A DNA stretch of 64,000 bases from Dehalococcoidia bacterium (GCA_963663235.2 CAXXNO010000004.1:544001-608000), one strand, 5' to 3'; shown: positions 10,357-19,939, counted from the stretch's first letter. Notes: generated by a model from the letters alone, not told the origin. Translations and numbers: made by a program.

Positions 10357-11736
10357 ATGATCTATCGCGAAGCGATCGACTACCTCCTGAGCTTCGCCGA
10401 CTTCGAGCGCTCGCGGCAGGCCGATCGCACGAAGGAAGCGTTCGTCCTGGAGCGGATCCAGGCATTACTGGACCGCTTAGCGCGGCCGGAGAGCGGCCGC
10501 CTGACCGTCCATGTGGCCGGGTCCAAGGGCAAAGGCTCCGCGGCCGCCATGATCGAGTCCATCCTGCGGGCCTCCGGCCGGCGGACCGGCCTGTACACGA
10601 GCCCGCACCTGTATGAGTTCTGCGAGCGGATCCGCATCGACGGGCAGCCCATCGCGGAGGAGGCGTTCGCCGATCTCGTGGCGCAGCTACAGCTGGTGAT
10701 CGGGGCGGAACTGGCGGCGGCGCCGGGGCGCCTCAGCACGTTCGAGATCCTGACCGCCATGGCCTACCTTGCCTTCCGCGACGCGGCCGTCGACGCGCAG
10801 GTGGTGGAGGTGGGGGTGGGCGGCCGGCTCGACAGCACCAACGTGTTCGGGGAGAAGGCGGCGGCGGTCATCACGGCCATCTCGCGCGAGCACGTCGCCG
10901 TCCTGGGACCGGACCTGGAGAGCATCGCCGCCGAGAAGGCCGGCATCATTACGCCCGGCACGGCCGCCGTCATCCTGGGGCCGCAACGCTCGCCCCAAGC
11001 GGCCGCCGTGGTAAGAGGGCGGGGACAGGAGCAGGCGGTCTCCCTCGTCGACGTGTCCCGCGCCTACCGCTGGGAGCGCGCCGGTACCGACCGGCATGGA
11101 CAGTGGTTCCGGATCTTTTCGCAGGCCCCACCGGCGGATCAAGCCAAGGAGGCCCTCTACCTCTTGCCCTTGATGGGCTTGCACCAGATCGAGAACGCGG
11201 TCACAGCGATCGCCACGATCGATGCGCTGCGCGCGCAGGGCGTCACGATCGATCAGAGCGCGGTGCACACGGGCCTGGCCACGGTGGCGTGGCCGGCGCG
11301 CCTTGAGGTCCTGGCCGAGGACCCCTGGCTGGTAGTGGACGCCGCCCACAATGATGAATCGTTCGAGCGCGTCTTGGAGTCGCTGCAGGTCTACTTCCCG
11401 CACGATCGCTTGGTGCTGGTGCTGGGCATGCTGCGCGATAAAGACGTGGGCGCCATCGCCAAGCAGGTGGTCTCGGTGGCGGCGGCGCTGGTCATCACGC
11501 AGCCCGACCATCCGCGCGCCCTCCAGGCCCAAGAGCTGGCGGATGCGTTTGAAGGCTTCGCCGGCCCGGTGCTGGTCGAGTCAACGGTGGCCGACGCGGT
11601 GGGCGCGGCCCGCGGCTTGGCCGGCGAGCGTGACCTCGTCTGCGTGCTGGGCTCGATCTTCCTCGCGGCGGAGGCGCGGGCGCACATCCTGCGGCAGGCA
11701 GGCGGCGAGCCCACCTCGGCGCGGGCGGAGCGCTAG
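10357..11736 (+). CDS. folC: Folylpolyglutamate/dihydrofolate synthase
   Basis: HVAGSKGKGS, GLYTSPHL..ERI, EVGVGGRLDSTN, WPARLE, DAAHN. Confidence 0.95.
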   Translation: MIYREAIDYLLSFADFERSRQADRTKEAFVLERIQALLDRLARPESGRLTVHVAGSKGKGSAAAMIESILRASGRRTGLYTSPHLYEFCERIRIDGQPIAEEAFADLVAQLQLVIGAELAAAPGRLSTFEILTAMAYLAFRDAAVDAQVVEVGVGGRLDSTNVFGEKAAAVITAISREHVAVLGPDLESIAAEKAGIITPGTAAVILGPQRSPQAAAVVRGRGQEQAVSLVDVSRAYRWERAGTDRHGQWFRIFSQAPPADQAKEALYLLPLMGLHQIENAVTAIATIDALRAQGVTIDQSAVHTGLATVAWPARLEVLAEDPWLVVDAAHNDESFERVLESLQVYFPHDRLVLVLGMLRDKDVGAIAKQVVSVAAALVITQPDHPRALQAQELADAFEGFAGPVLVESTVADAVGAARGLAGERDLVCVLGSIFLAAEARAHILRQAGGEPTSARAER

Positions 11737-11739
11737 GAC

Positions 11740-12996
11740 GTGCCCCCCCCGCGACCGCGCGTCGTGGTGACCGGGATCGGGGCGGTGAGCCCGCTGGGTG
11801 TGGGCGTGGAGCGCTTCTGGGAGGGGTGCCTCCGTGGGGAGAGCGGGATCCGCCGGATCACCTCTTTTGATCCCGCTGGCTACACCTGTCAGGTGGCGGG
11901 CGAGGTGCCGGACTTCGTGGCCACCGACTTCATGGACCGCAAGGCGGCCCGCCGGATGGCGCGCTTCGCGCAGTTCGCCGTCGCCTGCACCGTAGAAGCC
12001 ATCGCCGATGCCGCCCTGGACGTGGGGAGAGAGGACCGGACGCGGGTCGGGGTGATCATCGGCAACGGCATCGGCGGCCTCCACAACATCCAGGCGGCCG
12101 TGCGCTTGCTGGACGAGCGCGGCCCCATGCGCCTGGAGCCGCTGGTCATCCCCCGGGTGCTGTCGAACATGGCGGCATCCAACGTGTCGATGCAGTTCGG
12201 CTTGCTGGGCTACAACAGCACGGTCGTCACGGCCTGCGCGGCGGGGACGCAGGCCATTGGCGAAGCGGCCGAGGTCATCCGCCGCGGCGCGGCCGACGTG
12301 ATGATTACCGGCGGCTCCGAAGCGGCGATCGTCGAAGTGATGATCGGCGCGTTCGCCGTGATGCGCGCGCTCACCTCCCGCAATGATGACCCACCCCGCG
12401 CGAGCCGCCCCTTCGACGCCGATCGCGATGGCTTCGTGCCGGCGGAGGGCGCCGGCATCCTCATCCTGGAGAGCGAAGCCCACGCCCAGGCGCGCAACGC
12501 GCCGGTGCACGCCGAGGTCGCGGGCTTCGGGGCCACCGCCGACGCCTACCACCTTGTGGCCCCGGACGAATCCGGCGACGGGCCCGTGCGGGCCATCCGC
12601 ATGGCGCTGCAAGACGCGGGCCTGCGGCCGCAGGAGGTGGACTACGTCAACGCCCACGGCACCTCCACCCCGCTCAACGACGCCGCCGAGACGCGCGCGA
12701 TCAAGACCGCCCTGGGCGAGGACGCCTATCACATTCCGGTCAGCGCGACGAAGTCCATGATTGGCCACGTCTTCGGCGCGGCCGGAGCGCTGGAGTCCAT
12801 TGCGGCCATTCGGGGCATCGAGACCGGCCGCATCCATCCCACGATCAACTTGGAGTCGCCGGACCCCGAGTGCGATCTGGACTACGTCCCGGACGGCGGG
12901 CGGCAGGCCGATCTGAATGTCGTGCTGAAGAACTCTTTCGGCTTCGGCGGGCAGAACGCCTGCCTGGTCCTGCGCCGCTACCCGCCCCCCGCCTGA
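11740..12996 (+). CDS. fabF: 3-oxoacyl-ACP synthase II
   Basis: RVVVTGIG, TACAAG, YVNAHGTST..ND, KSMIGH, NSFGFGG. Confidence 0.96.
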   Translation: MPPPRPRVVVTGIGAVSPLGVGVERFWEGCLRGESGIRRITSFDPAGYTCQVAGEVPDFVATDFMDRKAARRMARFAQFAVACTVEAIADAALDVGREDRTRVGVIIGNGIGGLHNIQAAVRLLDERGPMRLEPLVIPRVLSNMAASNVSMQFGLLGYNSTVVTACAAGTQAIGEAAEVIRRGAADVMITGGSEAAIVEVMIGAFAVMRALTSRNDDPPRASRPFDADRDGFVPAEGAGILILESEAHAQARNAPVHAEVAGFGATADAYHLVAPDESGDGPVRAIRMALQDAGLRPQEVDYVNAHGTSTPLNDAAETRAIKTALGEDAYHIPVSATKSMIGHVFGAAGALESIAAIRGIETGRIHPTINLESPDPECDLDYVPDGGRQADLNVVLKNSFGFGGQNACLVLRRYPPPA

Positions 12997-13009
12997 CGCC
13001 GCCGCGCGC

Positions 13010-13267
13010 TCAGGCGACGCTGAACGCCGGGCGGAGCTCGCTGGGCAACATCTGGTCCAGGAGGCGCTGCAGCGTCATCGAGTGGCTGCAGGTGCCGTAA
13101 TCCGCATGGAAGTGGCAGTCGCAGGTCCAGGCTCCGTCGCGCAGCGACACCGTATGCGTCCCGTTGTCACCACGGACCTCGCAGACCAGGTCGATAATCG
13201 TGACGCGGTCGGGCTGCTGCGCGTACTGCCGGGCCTTTTCGATCTTGCCGATCAGACTGCTCTGCAT
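13010..13267 (-). CDS. Small SWIM-type zinc-finger protein (85 aa)
   Basis: MQSSLIGKIEKARQYAQ...WTCDCHF....GTCSH (CxC-xn-CxH). GGAGG RBS upstream of ATG 13267. Confidence 0.85.
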   Translation of the reverse strand: MQSSLIGKIEKARQYAQQPDRVTIIDLVCEVRGDNGTHTVSLRDGAWTCDCHFHADYGTCSHSMTLQRLLDQMLPSELRPAFSVA

Positions 13268-13307
13268 GCGGACGCCCCTCCAGTCTTTCTCGATCCTGCG
13301 AGGACGC

Positions 13308-13335
13308 AAAAAAGCACCGCCCGCTCGACGGTGCT
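13308..13335 (-). terminator. Intrinsic terminator inside the leader of the SWIM gene
   Basis: Minus strand AGCACCG-TCGAGCGGG-CGGTGCT followed by TTTTT. Confidence 0.75.
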
Positions 13336-13409
13336 GCTCTCTCAGCTCATGGACGCCTGATTCACCAACGCGCCCCCTCGATAGCCCGAGCCTTCCGGCC
13401 CGTACCCGC

Positions 13410-13418
13410 ATCGTAACA
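13410..13418 (-). promoter_or_regulatory. Extended -10 promoter (TGnTACGAT)
   Basis: Minus strand TGTTACGAT about 145 nt upstream of the SWIM gene start. Confidence 0.55.
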
Positions 13419-13461
13419 GGCGCCCGCGGCGGATGAACGGACGGCCCGGCGACAGGGCCGG

Positions 13462-13470
13462 TTATCCACA
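13462..13470 (+). promoter_or_regulatory. Perfect DnaA box
   Basis: TTATCCACA in an intergenic gap of a very GC-rich sequence. Confidence 0.5.
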
Positions 13471-13475
13471 GCCCG

Positions 13476-14075
13476 TTATGGCGCACGACATTCCGCGCGC
13501 GCGAGCTCCGCATAACGCGCGCCGTCTGGGCCAAGCGTGCTCCGCATCAGGAGCACGGCGCGGACCGGCAGCGGCTGCGGCGGCGGTGGCCCCAGCGACG
13601 CCGTTAGCCGCACCAGCGTGCGTCGCGCGGCATCCCCGCTGCGCTCCGGCACACGCGCCAGGGTGAGGTGCGGCGTAAACGGCCGCGATTCCCGCGCGAA
13701 GCCCTGCCGGCCGAGCCGCTCGTCCAGCCGGGCCGCCAACTCCACGGTCTCCGCCCGGTCGCCGGCGAGCTCCGCCCAGAGGACCCGAGGCCGGCGGCGG
13801 TTGGACACGCCGAACCCGCCGAGCCGCAGCGTGTGCGGCCGCGTCGCGCCGGTAACGTCCGCGATCGCCGCCACGATCTCTTCCATCCGGCTCACCGGCG
13901 TCTCCCCCAGGAACTTGAGGGTGAGGTGGATCCCATCGGGCCGCACCCAGCGCAGCGGCGGGGCGCCGGCCTCCTCGAAGGCGTGGCGGGCGTCCGCCAG
14001 CGCCGACAGGATTTCCGGCGGCGCCGGAACGGACAGGAACAGCCGCGCAAGCTCGCCGCCCGGCGACCGCGCCAC
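13476..14075 (-). CDS. thpR: RNA 2',3'-cyclic phosphodiesterase (2H family)
   Basis: Two HxT motifs (HLTLKFLG, FTPHLTLAR), RLFLSV start, PRVLW. Confidence 0.93.
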   Translation of the reverse strand: MARSPGGELARLFLSVPAPPEILSALADARHAFEEAGAPPLRWVRPDGIHLTLKFLGETPVSRMEEIVAAIADVTGATRPHTLRLGGFGVSNRRRPRVLWAELAGDRAETVELAARLDERLGRQGFARESRPFTPHLTLARVPERSGDAARRTLVRLTASLGPPPPQPLPVRAVLLMRSTLGPDGARYAELARAECRAP

Positions 14076-14228
14076 GGCCTAGCGCTCGGCCCGCCGGATG
14101 CGCGGCACGCCCCGGTCTTCCCGCAGAATCACGGCGGCAGCGTAACACTCGCCGCGCCGCGGCTTATGCTGCGCTTTGATGTACGTCCCCACCCCGAGCC
14201 GGTAGCATCGGCGAGGACGGGAAGACAC

Positions 14229-15062
14229 ATGACCAGCGTGGCGGACAAGACGGACCTGCTCGCGCTGACGAAGCGGATCCGCCGGCACATTGTGGAGATG
14301 ACCGCCGCGGCGCAGTCGGGTCATCCCGGCGGATCGCTGTCGGCCGTGGAGATCCTCACGGCTCTCTACTTCGGCGGCGTCCTGAACTATGACGCGGCCC
14401 GCCCCGACTGGCCGCACCGCGACCGCTTCGTGCTCAGCAAGGGGCACGCGACACCGCTGATGTACGCCGTCCTCGCCGAAGCGGGATACTTCAGCACGGA
14501 ACTGCTTGCCACGTTTCGCAAGCTGGACAGCCCGCTGCAGGGACATACGGTGCGGGGCCGCCCGCCGGGCGTGGAGATGAGCGCCGGCGCCTTGGGCATG
14601 GGGCTCTCCTTCTGCATCGGCCAGGCGCTGGCCGCGCGCCTCGACGGCCGCGACTGGCGCTGCTACTGCCTGCTGGGCGACGGCGAGCTGAACGAGGGGC
14701 AGAACTGGGAAGCGGCCATGAGCGCGGCCCATTTCGGCCTCGATCGCATCACCGTCATCGTCGACCGCAATCACTTCCAGAACGACGGGCCGGAGGCCGA
14801 GATCCTGCGGCTGGGCGACGTGACGGACAAGTTCCGATCGTTCGGCTGGCACGCGGTGCCCGTGGACGACGGCCACGACCTGGACCAGGTGCTGGCGGCG
14901 TTCGCGGAGACGGCGGAGGTGCGAGACCGGCCGCAGGTGATTGTGGCGGAGACGGTGAAGGGCCGAGGCGTCTCGTTCATGGAGGCGAATCCCGCCGCCT
15001 GGCATGGCAAAGGCCCCTCGCCGGAGCAGTTGGCCCAGGCGCTGGCGGAGATCGGCGCATGA
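14229..15062 (+). CDS. Transketolase, N-terminal (TPP-binding) subunit
   Basis: SGHPGGSLS, DRFVLSKGH, GDGELNEGQNWE, WHGK. Confidence 0.94.
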   Translation: MTSVADKTDLLALTKRIRRHIVEMTAAAQSGHPGGSLSAVEILTALYFGGVLNYDAARPDWPHRDRFVLSKGHATPLMYAVLAEAGYFSTELLATFRKLDSPLQGHTVRGRPPGVEMSAGALGMGLSFCIGQALAARLDGRDWRCYCLLGDGELNEGQNWEAAMSAAHFGLDRITVIVDRNHFQNDGPEAEILRLGDVTDKFRSFGWHAVPVDDGHDLDQVLAAFAETAEVRDRPQVIVAETVKGRGVSFMEANPAAWHGKGPSPEQLAQALAEIGA

Positions 15063-16018
15063 CGACGACGGCGCCGCAGGTCGCGGCAACACGCGAGGCT
15101 TTCGGCCCCACGCTGGTGCGCCTGGCGGAAGCCGGCCACGACATCGTGGTGCTGGAAGGCGACCTTTCGGCGTCCACGGGCGGCAAGAAGTTGGCCGCGG
15201 CCTTCCCCGAGCGCTGGTACACCGTGGGCGCGGCCGAGGCCAACATGGTCAGCATGGCGGCGGGGCTGGCCGCCGCCGGAAAGACGGTCTTCGCGGCCTC
15301 GTTCGCGGTCTTCTTGCCCGGCCACTGCTTCGACCAGGTGCGCATGAGCGTCGCGCAGCCCCACCTGAACGTGAAGCTCATCGCCAGCCACGCGGGGGTC
15401 AGCGTGGGCGAGGACGGCGCCTCGGCTCAGGCCATCGAGGATCTATCGCTGGTGACGGCGCTGCCCGGCTTCCGCGTCCTGGTGCCGGCGGACGCGGTGG
15501 AGGCCGCACAGGCGATCTGGGCGGCCGGGACCACCGCTGGCCCCTTCTACGTGCGCCTGGGCCGGCCCAAGGTTCCGGTGATCTACGACGAGCGCTACCG
15601 CTTCGAAGTGGGCCGCGCCGACCGGCTTCGCGACGGAGACGACGTCACGGTGATCGCCTGCGGCCACTTGGTCGGCGTGGCGATCGCCGCCGCCGATGCC
15701 TTGGCGGCGAAGGGCATCTCCGTGCGCGTCTTGAACATGTCCACCCTCGTGCCGCTGGATGACGAGGCGATCCTCGCCGCCGCGCGGGAGACCGGCGCCA
15801 TCGTGACGGCGGAGGAGCATCTCGTGCAAGGGGGGCTGGGTGCGGCCGTGGCGCGAACGCTGGCCCTTGCGCATCCCACACCCATGGAGCAGGTCGGCGT
15901 CCGCGACCGCTACGGCGAGTCGGGCCGCTGGGATCAGGTCATGGAGCGCTTCGGCTTTACGGCGGCCGGCGTGGAGCGGGCCGTGCGCGCCGTGCTCCAG
16001 CGCAAGGCCGCGCGCTAG
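15059..16018 (+). CDS. Transketolase, C-terminal subunit
   Basis: AEANMVSMAAGLA, DQVR, HAGVSVGEDGA, VTAEEH...GGLG. ATGA overlap with the N-subunit. Confidence 0.94.
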   Translation: MTTTAPQVAATREAFGPTLVRLAEAGHDIVVLEGDLSASTGGKKLAAAFPERWYTVGAAEANMVSMAAGLAAAGKTVFAASFAVFLPGHCFDQVRMSVAQPHLNVKLIASHAGVSVGEDGASAQAIEDLSLVTALPGFRVLVPADAVEAAQAIWAAGTTAGPFYVRLGRPKVPVIYDERYRFEVGRADRLRDGDDVTVIACGHLVGVAIAAADALAAKGISVRVLNMSTLVPLDDEAILAAARETGAIVTAEEHLVQGGLGAAVARTLALAHPTPMEQVGVRDRYGESGRWDQVMERFGFTAAGVERAVRAVLQRKAAR

Positions 16019-16164
16019 CCGGCTTGCAGCAGCGCTCTCACCCCGCGGAGCGATCGCACAGCGGCGCGGGCTTCGGCGATGCCGGGGCGTTCGTCCAGCA
16101 GCCGTCCAACAGCGTGCCCTCGCGGTCGAAGAAGACGGCTCGGTAACGCGGCGGCAGGGCCGCG

Positions 16165-16713
16165 CTAGCGCTCCTCTTTGTCGATCAGCGGATCCTCGTC
16201 GGCGGCCCGCTCGCGGATGCGGGCCGTCTCACCGTCCGCGTCGACGCCCGAGTCGTCCGGCGCCTCTTCCACTTCCCCCTCGGGGTCTTTCGGCGCCTCG
16301 GCCGCCTCCAGCTCGTCTTGATAGATCTCGTAAGGCCAGATCGGCCAGTTGGCGAGATCTTCCGGCGGATCTTCCGTTGGCCCTTCAGGGTGCTCGACGT
16401 CCGGTTCGTGGTCGGGCACGTAGGTCTTCATCGGCGTGGCCTTGAAGTCGATGCCCTCCTCGTGCGTGACCACCTTGGAAAGGGCGTAGCCGATCCAGGC
16501 CAGACAGCCGCATTCCACTCTGAACGAGACGGCGAAGCGCCGACGGCGAAGGGCCTCCTCGCGGATGAAATCGTGGAACTCGCCCAGGTCCGAGGGTGGC
16601 AGCACCTCCTCCACCCGGCCCGCGAAGAACAGGTCCAGCGCGTCCTCCACGCCGTGATCGTCTTCGCTCGGGCTGTCGCCGCGGATCTCTTCTTCGGAGT
16701 GCGCTTGCGCCAT
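16165..16713 (-). CDS. Acidic hypothetical protein
   Basis: 182-aa ORF directly downstream of the 16719-17045 gene. Confidence 0.7.
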   Translation of the reverse strand: MAQAHSEEEIRGDSPSEDDHGVEDALDLFFAGRVEEVLPPSDLGEFHDFIREEALRRRRFAVSFRVECGCLAWIGYALSKVVTHEEGIDFKATPMKTYVPDHEPDVEHPEGPTEDPPEDLANWPIWPYEIYQDELEAAEAPKDPEGEVEEAPDDSGVDADGETARIRERAADEDPLIDKEER

Positions 16714-16718
16714 CGCCG

Positions 16719-17045
16719 TTAGCCCCCCACCCCCCGCGCCGCCACGACGCCTTCGGCTAAGTCGGCCAATGTCTCTTCGTCAGAGTAGACGCCCACCTCG
16801 CTGCCGCTCCAGACCGTCACTACAAAGTCCTCGCGGAACGGATCGGCCGTCCGCACGACCTTGTCATCGACGTCGGCGATCACGTCCTGGATGTCGTCGT
16901 CGCTCCAGTCGCTCGGCACGCACAGCGTGCCGTAGACGATCGATGGCGTGTAGTGCAGATCGATACGCGCTCCGCTGCCGCTTTCGTTCTCGATGAGGAA
17001 GCACTCCGATTGCGACGTCCGGCTCTCCCGTTCGTACTGGAACAT
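16719..17045 (-). CDS. Hypothetical protein (108 aa)
   Basis: MFQYERESRTSQSECF...RIDLHYT...GTLCV...REDFVVTVWSG. GGGAGG RBS before ATG 17045. Confidence 0.75.
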   Translation of the reverse strand: MFQYERESRTSQSECFLIENESGSGARIDLHYTPSIVYGTLCVPSDWSDDDIQDVIADVDDKVVRTADPFREDFVVTVWSGSEVGVYSDEETLADLAEGVVAARGVGG

Positions 17046-17070
17046 GCTGATGGCCCTCCCGGGCGGCCGC

Positions 17071-18345
17071 CTAGCGCGGCCGGATCTGACCTTGGCCCCG
17101 GATAACCCATTTGTAGGAGGTGAGTTCGCGCAGTCCCATGGGCCCGCGGGCGTGCAGCTTCTGCGTGCTGATCCCCACCTCGGCGCCCAGGCCGAACTGC
17201 CCCCCGTCGGTGAACTGTGTGGAAGCGTTGACGTAGACGGCGGCGGCATCGACCTCACGCAGGAAGCGCTCCGCCAGGGCGTCGTCCCGCGTGCAGATCG
17301 CTTCGGAGTGGCCGGAGCCGTGCCCGGCGATGTGTTCCAGCGCCTCATCGGCGCTGCCCACCACGCGCACCGCGGCGATCGGCGCCAGGAACTCCGTGTC
17401 GAAGTCGTCCGGGCCGGCGGGGATCACCTCCGCGTCCGTGGCCTTGAGGGTCGCCAGTGCTTCCGGGTCGGCTCGGAACTGCACCCCTTGGGGCCGCCAG
17501 CGTCCGGCCAGCTCCCGCAGGAACGGCGCGGCGATCTCCCGGTGCACCAGCACGGTGTCCAGGGCGTTGCAGACGGAGGTCCGCCGCATCTTGGCGTTGT
17601 CGACGATCTCCAGCGCCATCAGCGGGTCCGCGTCGCGGTCGACGTAGGTGTGGCAGATGCCGATCCCCCCTGCCACAACGGGCATGGCCGCCTCATCGCG
17701 CACGCGGCGGATCAGGTCGGCGCCGCCGCGCGGCAGCATGAGGTCAATGAGGTCGCTCATGCGCAGCAGCTCCCCCACCAGCGTCCGATCCGGGTTGTCG
17801 ATGAACTGGATAGCGTCGCCGGGCAGCCCGGCGTCGGCCAGCCCCTGCCGGCAGAGCTCGGCCAGCAGGCGGTTGCTGCGCAGCGCTTCCTTGCCGCCCC
17901 GCAGCACGCAGGCGTTGCCGCTCTTGAGGCAGAGAGCGGTGATGTCCACGGTCACGTTCGGCCGGCTCTCATAGATCGCCCCGATGACCCCGATGGGCAC
18001 GCGCACGCGCTGCACCCGCAGGCCGTTGGGCCGCACCTGCTCGTCGATCGTTTCGCCCACGGGATCGTCCAAGCGGGCGATCTGGCGCACGTCCACCGCC
18101 TGCGCGGCCAGCCGTTCCGGTGTGAGCCGCAGACGGTCCAGGAATGCGGCGGCCAGGCCGCCCGCCTCGGCCTCGGCGCAGTCTTGGGCGTTGGCGGCGA
18201 CAATCGCCTCATCGCGATCCGACAGCGCCTGCGCGATGCGCTCCAGCGCCTCGTTCTTGGCGGCGCCGCTCGCCTGCGCAAGGATCCGTCCCGCCTCGCG
18301 CGCGGCCTCCGCCTGCAGCCGGACGGTTTGCGTCGGCGCGCTCAT
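17071..18345 (-). CDS. proA: Gamma-glutamyl phosphate reductase
   Basis: VPIGVIGAIYESRPNVT, KSGNACVLRGGKEA, VCNALDT, NASTQFTDGGQFGLGAEVGISTQKLHARGPMGL. Confidence 0.97.
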   Translation of the reverse strand: MSAPTQTVRLQAEAAREAGRILAQASGAAKNEALERIAQALSDRDEAIVAANAQDCAEAEAGGLAAAFLDRLRLTPERLAAQAVDVRQIARLDDPVGETIDEQVRPNGLRVQRVRVPIGVIGAIYESRPNVTVDITALCLKSGNACVLRGGKEALRSNRLLAELCRQGLADAGLPGDAIQFIDNPDRTLVGELLRMSDLIDLMLPRGGADLIRRVRDEAAMPVVAGGIGICHTYVDRDADPLMALEIVDNAKMRRTSVCNALDTVLVHREIAAPFLRELAGRWRPQGVQFRADPEALATLKATDAEVIPAGPDDFDTEFLAPIAAVRVVGSADEALEHIAGHGSGHSEAICTRDDALAERFLREVDAAAVYVNASTQFTDGGQFGLGAEVGISTQKLHARGPMGLRELTSYKWVIRGQGQIRPR

Positions 18346-18656
18346 GGCAGGGACGGCGGATCGCCTTCCCCGAGGAAGGCGTATTCGTCGCTGGTGATGC
18401 CCATGCGGGTCTCGAGCCCCTGGTAAACGTTGATCGGTAGCCGCACGTCCTGGTCGGCCGGGCGCAGCAGGTGCGGCCCGTCGAGCGCCGCCGACGGTTC
18501 GGTGAGCGAGGTCAGCTTGCCCGCCCAGCGCTGCTCGCGCCGATCCCCGCGCATGGCAGTCTCGATCTCGACGAAGGCGAAGCAGCCGGTCAGCGGCTGC
18601 CCCTTGGCGCTGAGCACCTCCGCCTCGAATTGCCGCCGACGACGAATGCTCGTCAT
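18342..18656 (-). CDS. Hypothetical protein between proB and proA
   Basis: 104-aa ORF whose stop overlaps the proA ATG (ATGA); -10-like TACACT upstream. Confidence 0.7.
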   Translation of the reverse strand: MTSIRRRRQFEAEVLSAKGQPLTGCFAFVEIETAMRGDRREQRWAGKLTSLTEPSAALDGPHLLRPADQDVRLPINVYQGLETRMGITSDEYAFLGEGDPPSLP

Positions 18657-18704
18657 CACCACCCTTCGCTAGGGCAGTGTAGTGGATCGCCGCCGCGCCG
18701 CCGT

Positions 18705-19835
18705 CTAGAGGAGCGCAAGGTTGTCGCGATGAATGACCTCGTCGCCGTAGCGGTAGCCCAGCAGATCGCCGATGCGGTCCGAGCGCTGGCCCCGGATCCG
18801 CTCCACCTCCTCCGCGCTGTAATTCGCGATCCCTACGGCCAGGCGCGCGCCCGCGGCGTCTTCCACGGCGACGATGTCCCCCCGCGCGAACGCTCCCTTG
18901 CTCTGGACCACGCCCGCCGGCAGCAGGCTGCGACCGTTCCGGCACAGCGCCTGCACCGCCCCGCTATCGATCACCAGCGCGCCGGCGGAGGCGTTCAGGC
19001 CGGAGAGGAGCCAGCGCTTGCGGCTCTCGGTGCGGTTGGCCTGGGGCGGGAAGCGGGTGCCCAGCGGTTCGCCGCGGGCCACGCGCAGCAGCGCGTCCGG
19101 CTCGCGGCCGTGCGCGATGACGACCGTGGTGCCGGTCCCGGTCGCCAGGCGCGCCGCGTCCACCTTGGCGCGCATGCCCCCGCGGCCGCGCCCGGCGGGC
19201 GGTCCGGCGTAATGGGCCGCCGCCGCCGCGTCCGGCGCCTCCGGGATCAGTTCGGCTTGGGCGTCCAACCGCGGGTCGGATCGATACAAGCCCGCCACGT
19301 CGCTGAGCAGCACCAGCAGGTCCGCGTCGATGAGGTTCGCCACTAGCGCCGCCAGGCTGTCGTTCTCACCGAACGCGCCCCCGCGCAGCTCTTCGTCGGC
19401 CACCACGTCGTTCTCGTTGATGATCGGGACCACGCCCAGCCGCAGCAGCGCGTCGATGGTGTTGCGGGCGTTGAGGTAGCCCCGGCGATCGGCCAGGTCG
19501 GAGCGCGTCAGCAGCGCCTGGGCCGCCATGAGGCCGTGCGCGCGGAGCAGCGTGTCATAGCGCTCCACCAGGTGGCTCTGGCCGATGGCGGCCAGCACCT
19601 GCCGCTGGGCGATGTCGCGCTGGAGCGACGGCGTGGCCAAGCGATCCCGGCCGACGGCGATGGCGCCGCTCGTCACCACTGCCACCTGCGCGCCGGCCTT
19701 GACCAGCGCCGCGACCTGTCGCACCAGGTCGGCGAGCACGGCGTCGTCCAGGCTGGCGCCGCCGCCCGTCAGCAGGTTGGTGCCGAACTTGGCGACGATC
19801 CGCCGGCTCTCCTGCCGCGTCCCGCTGTCGCTCAC
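18705..19835 (-). CDS. proB: Glutamate 5-kinase with PUA domain
   Basis: IVAKFGTN, VTSGAIA, PIINENDVV, FGENDSLAA, GGMRAK, SLLPAGV, EVIHRDNL. Confidence 0.97.
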   Translation of the reverse strand: MSDSGTRQESRRIVAKFGTNLLTGGGASLDDAVLADLVRQVAALVKAGAQVAVVTSGAIAVGRDRLATPSLQRDIAQRQVLAAIGQSHLVERYDTLLRAHGLMAAQALLTRSDLADRRGYLNARNTIDALLRLGVVPIINENDVVADEELRGGAFGENDSLAALVANLIDADLLVLLSDVAGLYRSDPRLDAQAELIPEAPDAAAAAHYAGPPAGRGRGGMRAKVDAARLATGTGTTVVIAHGREPDALLRVARGEPLGTRFPPQANRTESRKRWLLSGLNASAGALVIDSGAVQALCRNGRSLLPAGVVQSKGAFARGDIVAVEDAAGARLAVGIANYSAEEVERIRGQRSDRIGDLLGYRYGDEVIHRDNLALL

Positions 19836-19939
19836 GCCGCTGCGCTCCCGGGCCAAGCCGCTCCTTGTACTGTAGAACAAGGCGGCGCCCGCCTGAGCGG
19901 TGGCGGGGCTCTCCTCGCGACGGGAGAAGTTGGAGGCCC

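Noticed and set aside
13295-13320. GGACGCAAA resembling the c-di-GMP-I riboswitch core
   Set aside because: Lacks the upstream GGCAAA element, has no plus-strand gene to control, and the A-run is the antisense of a terminator U-tract.
13385-13405. CCGGAAGG hairpin resembling SRP RNA helix 8
   Set aside because: The flanking CAGG/AGCA internal loop and the long SRP stem are missing.
13462-13470. Replication origin at the DnaA box
   Set aside because: Single box, no AT-rich unwinding element, no dnaA/dnaN nearby.
18346-18945. 200-aa N-terminal extension of proA in the track
   Set aside because: Overlaps proB and the 104-aa ORF; ProA homology starts at 18345.
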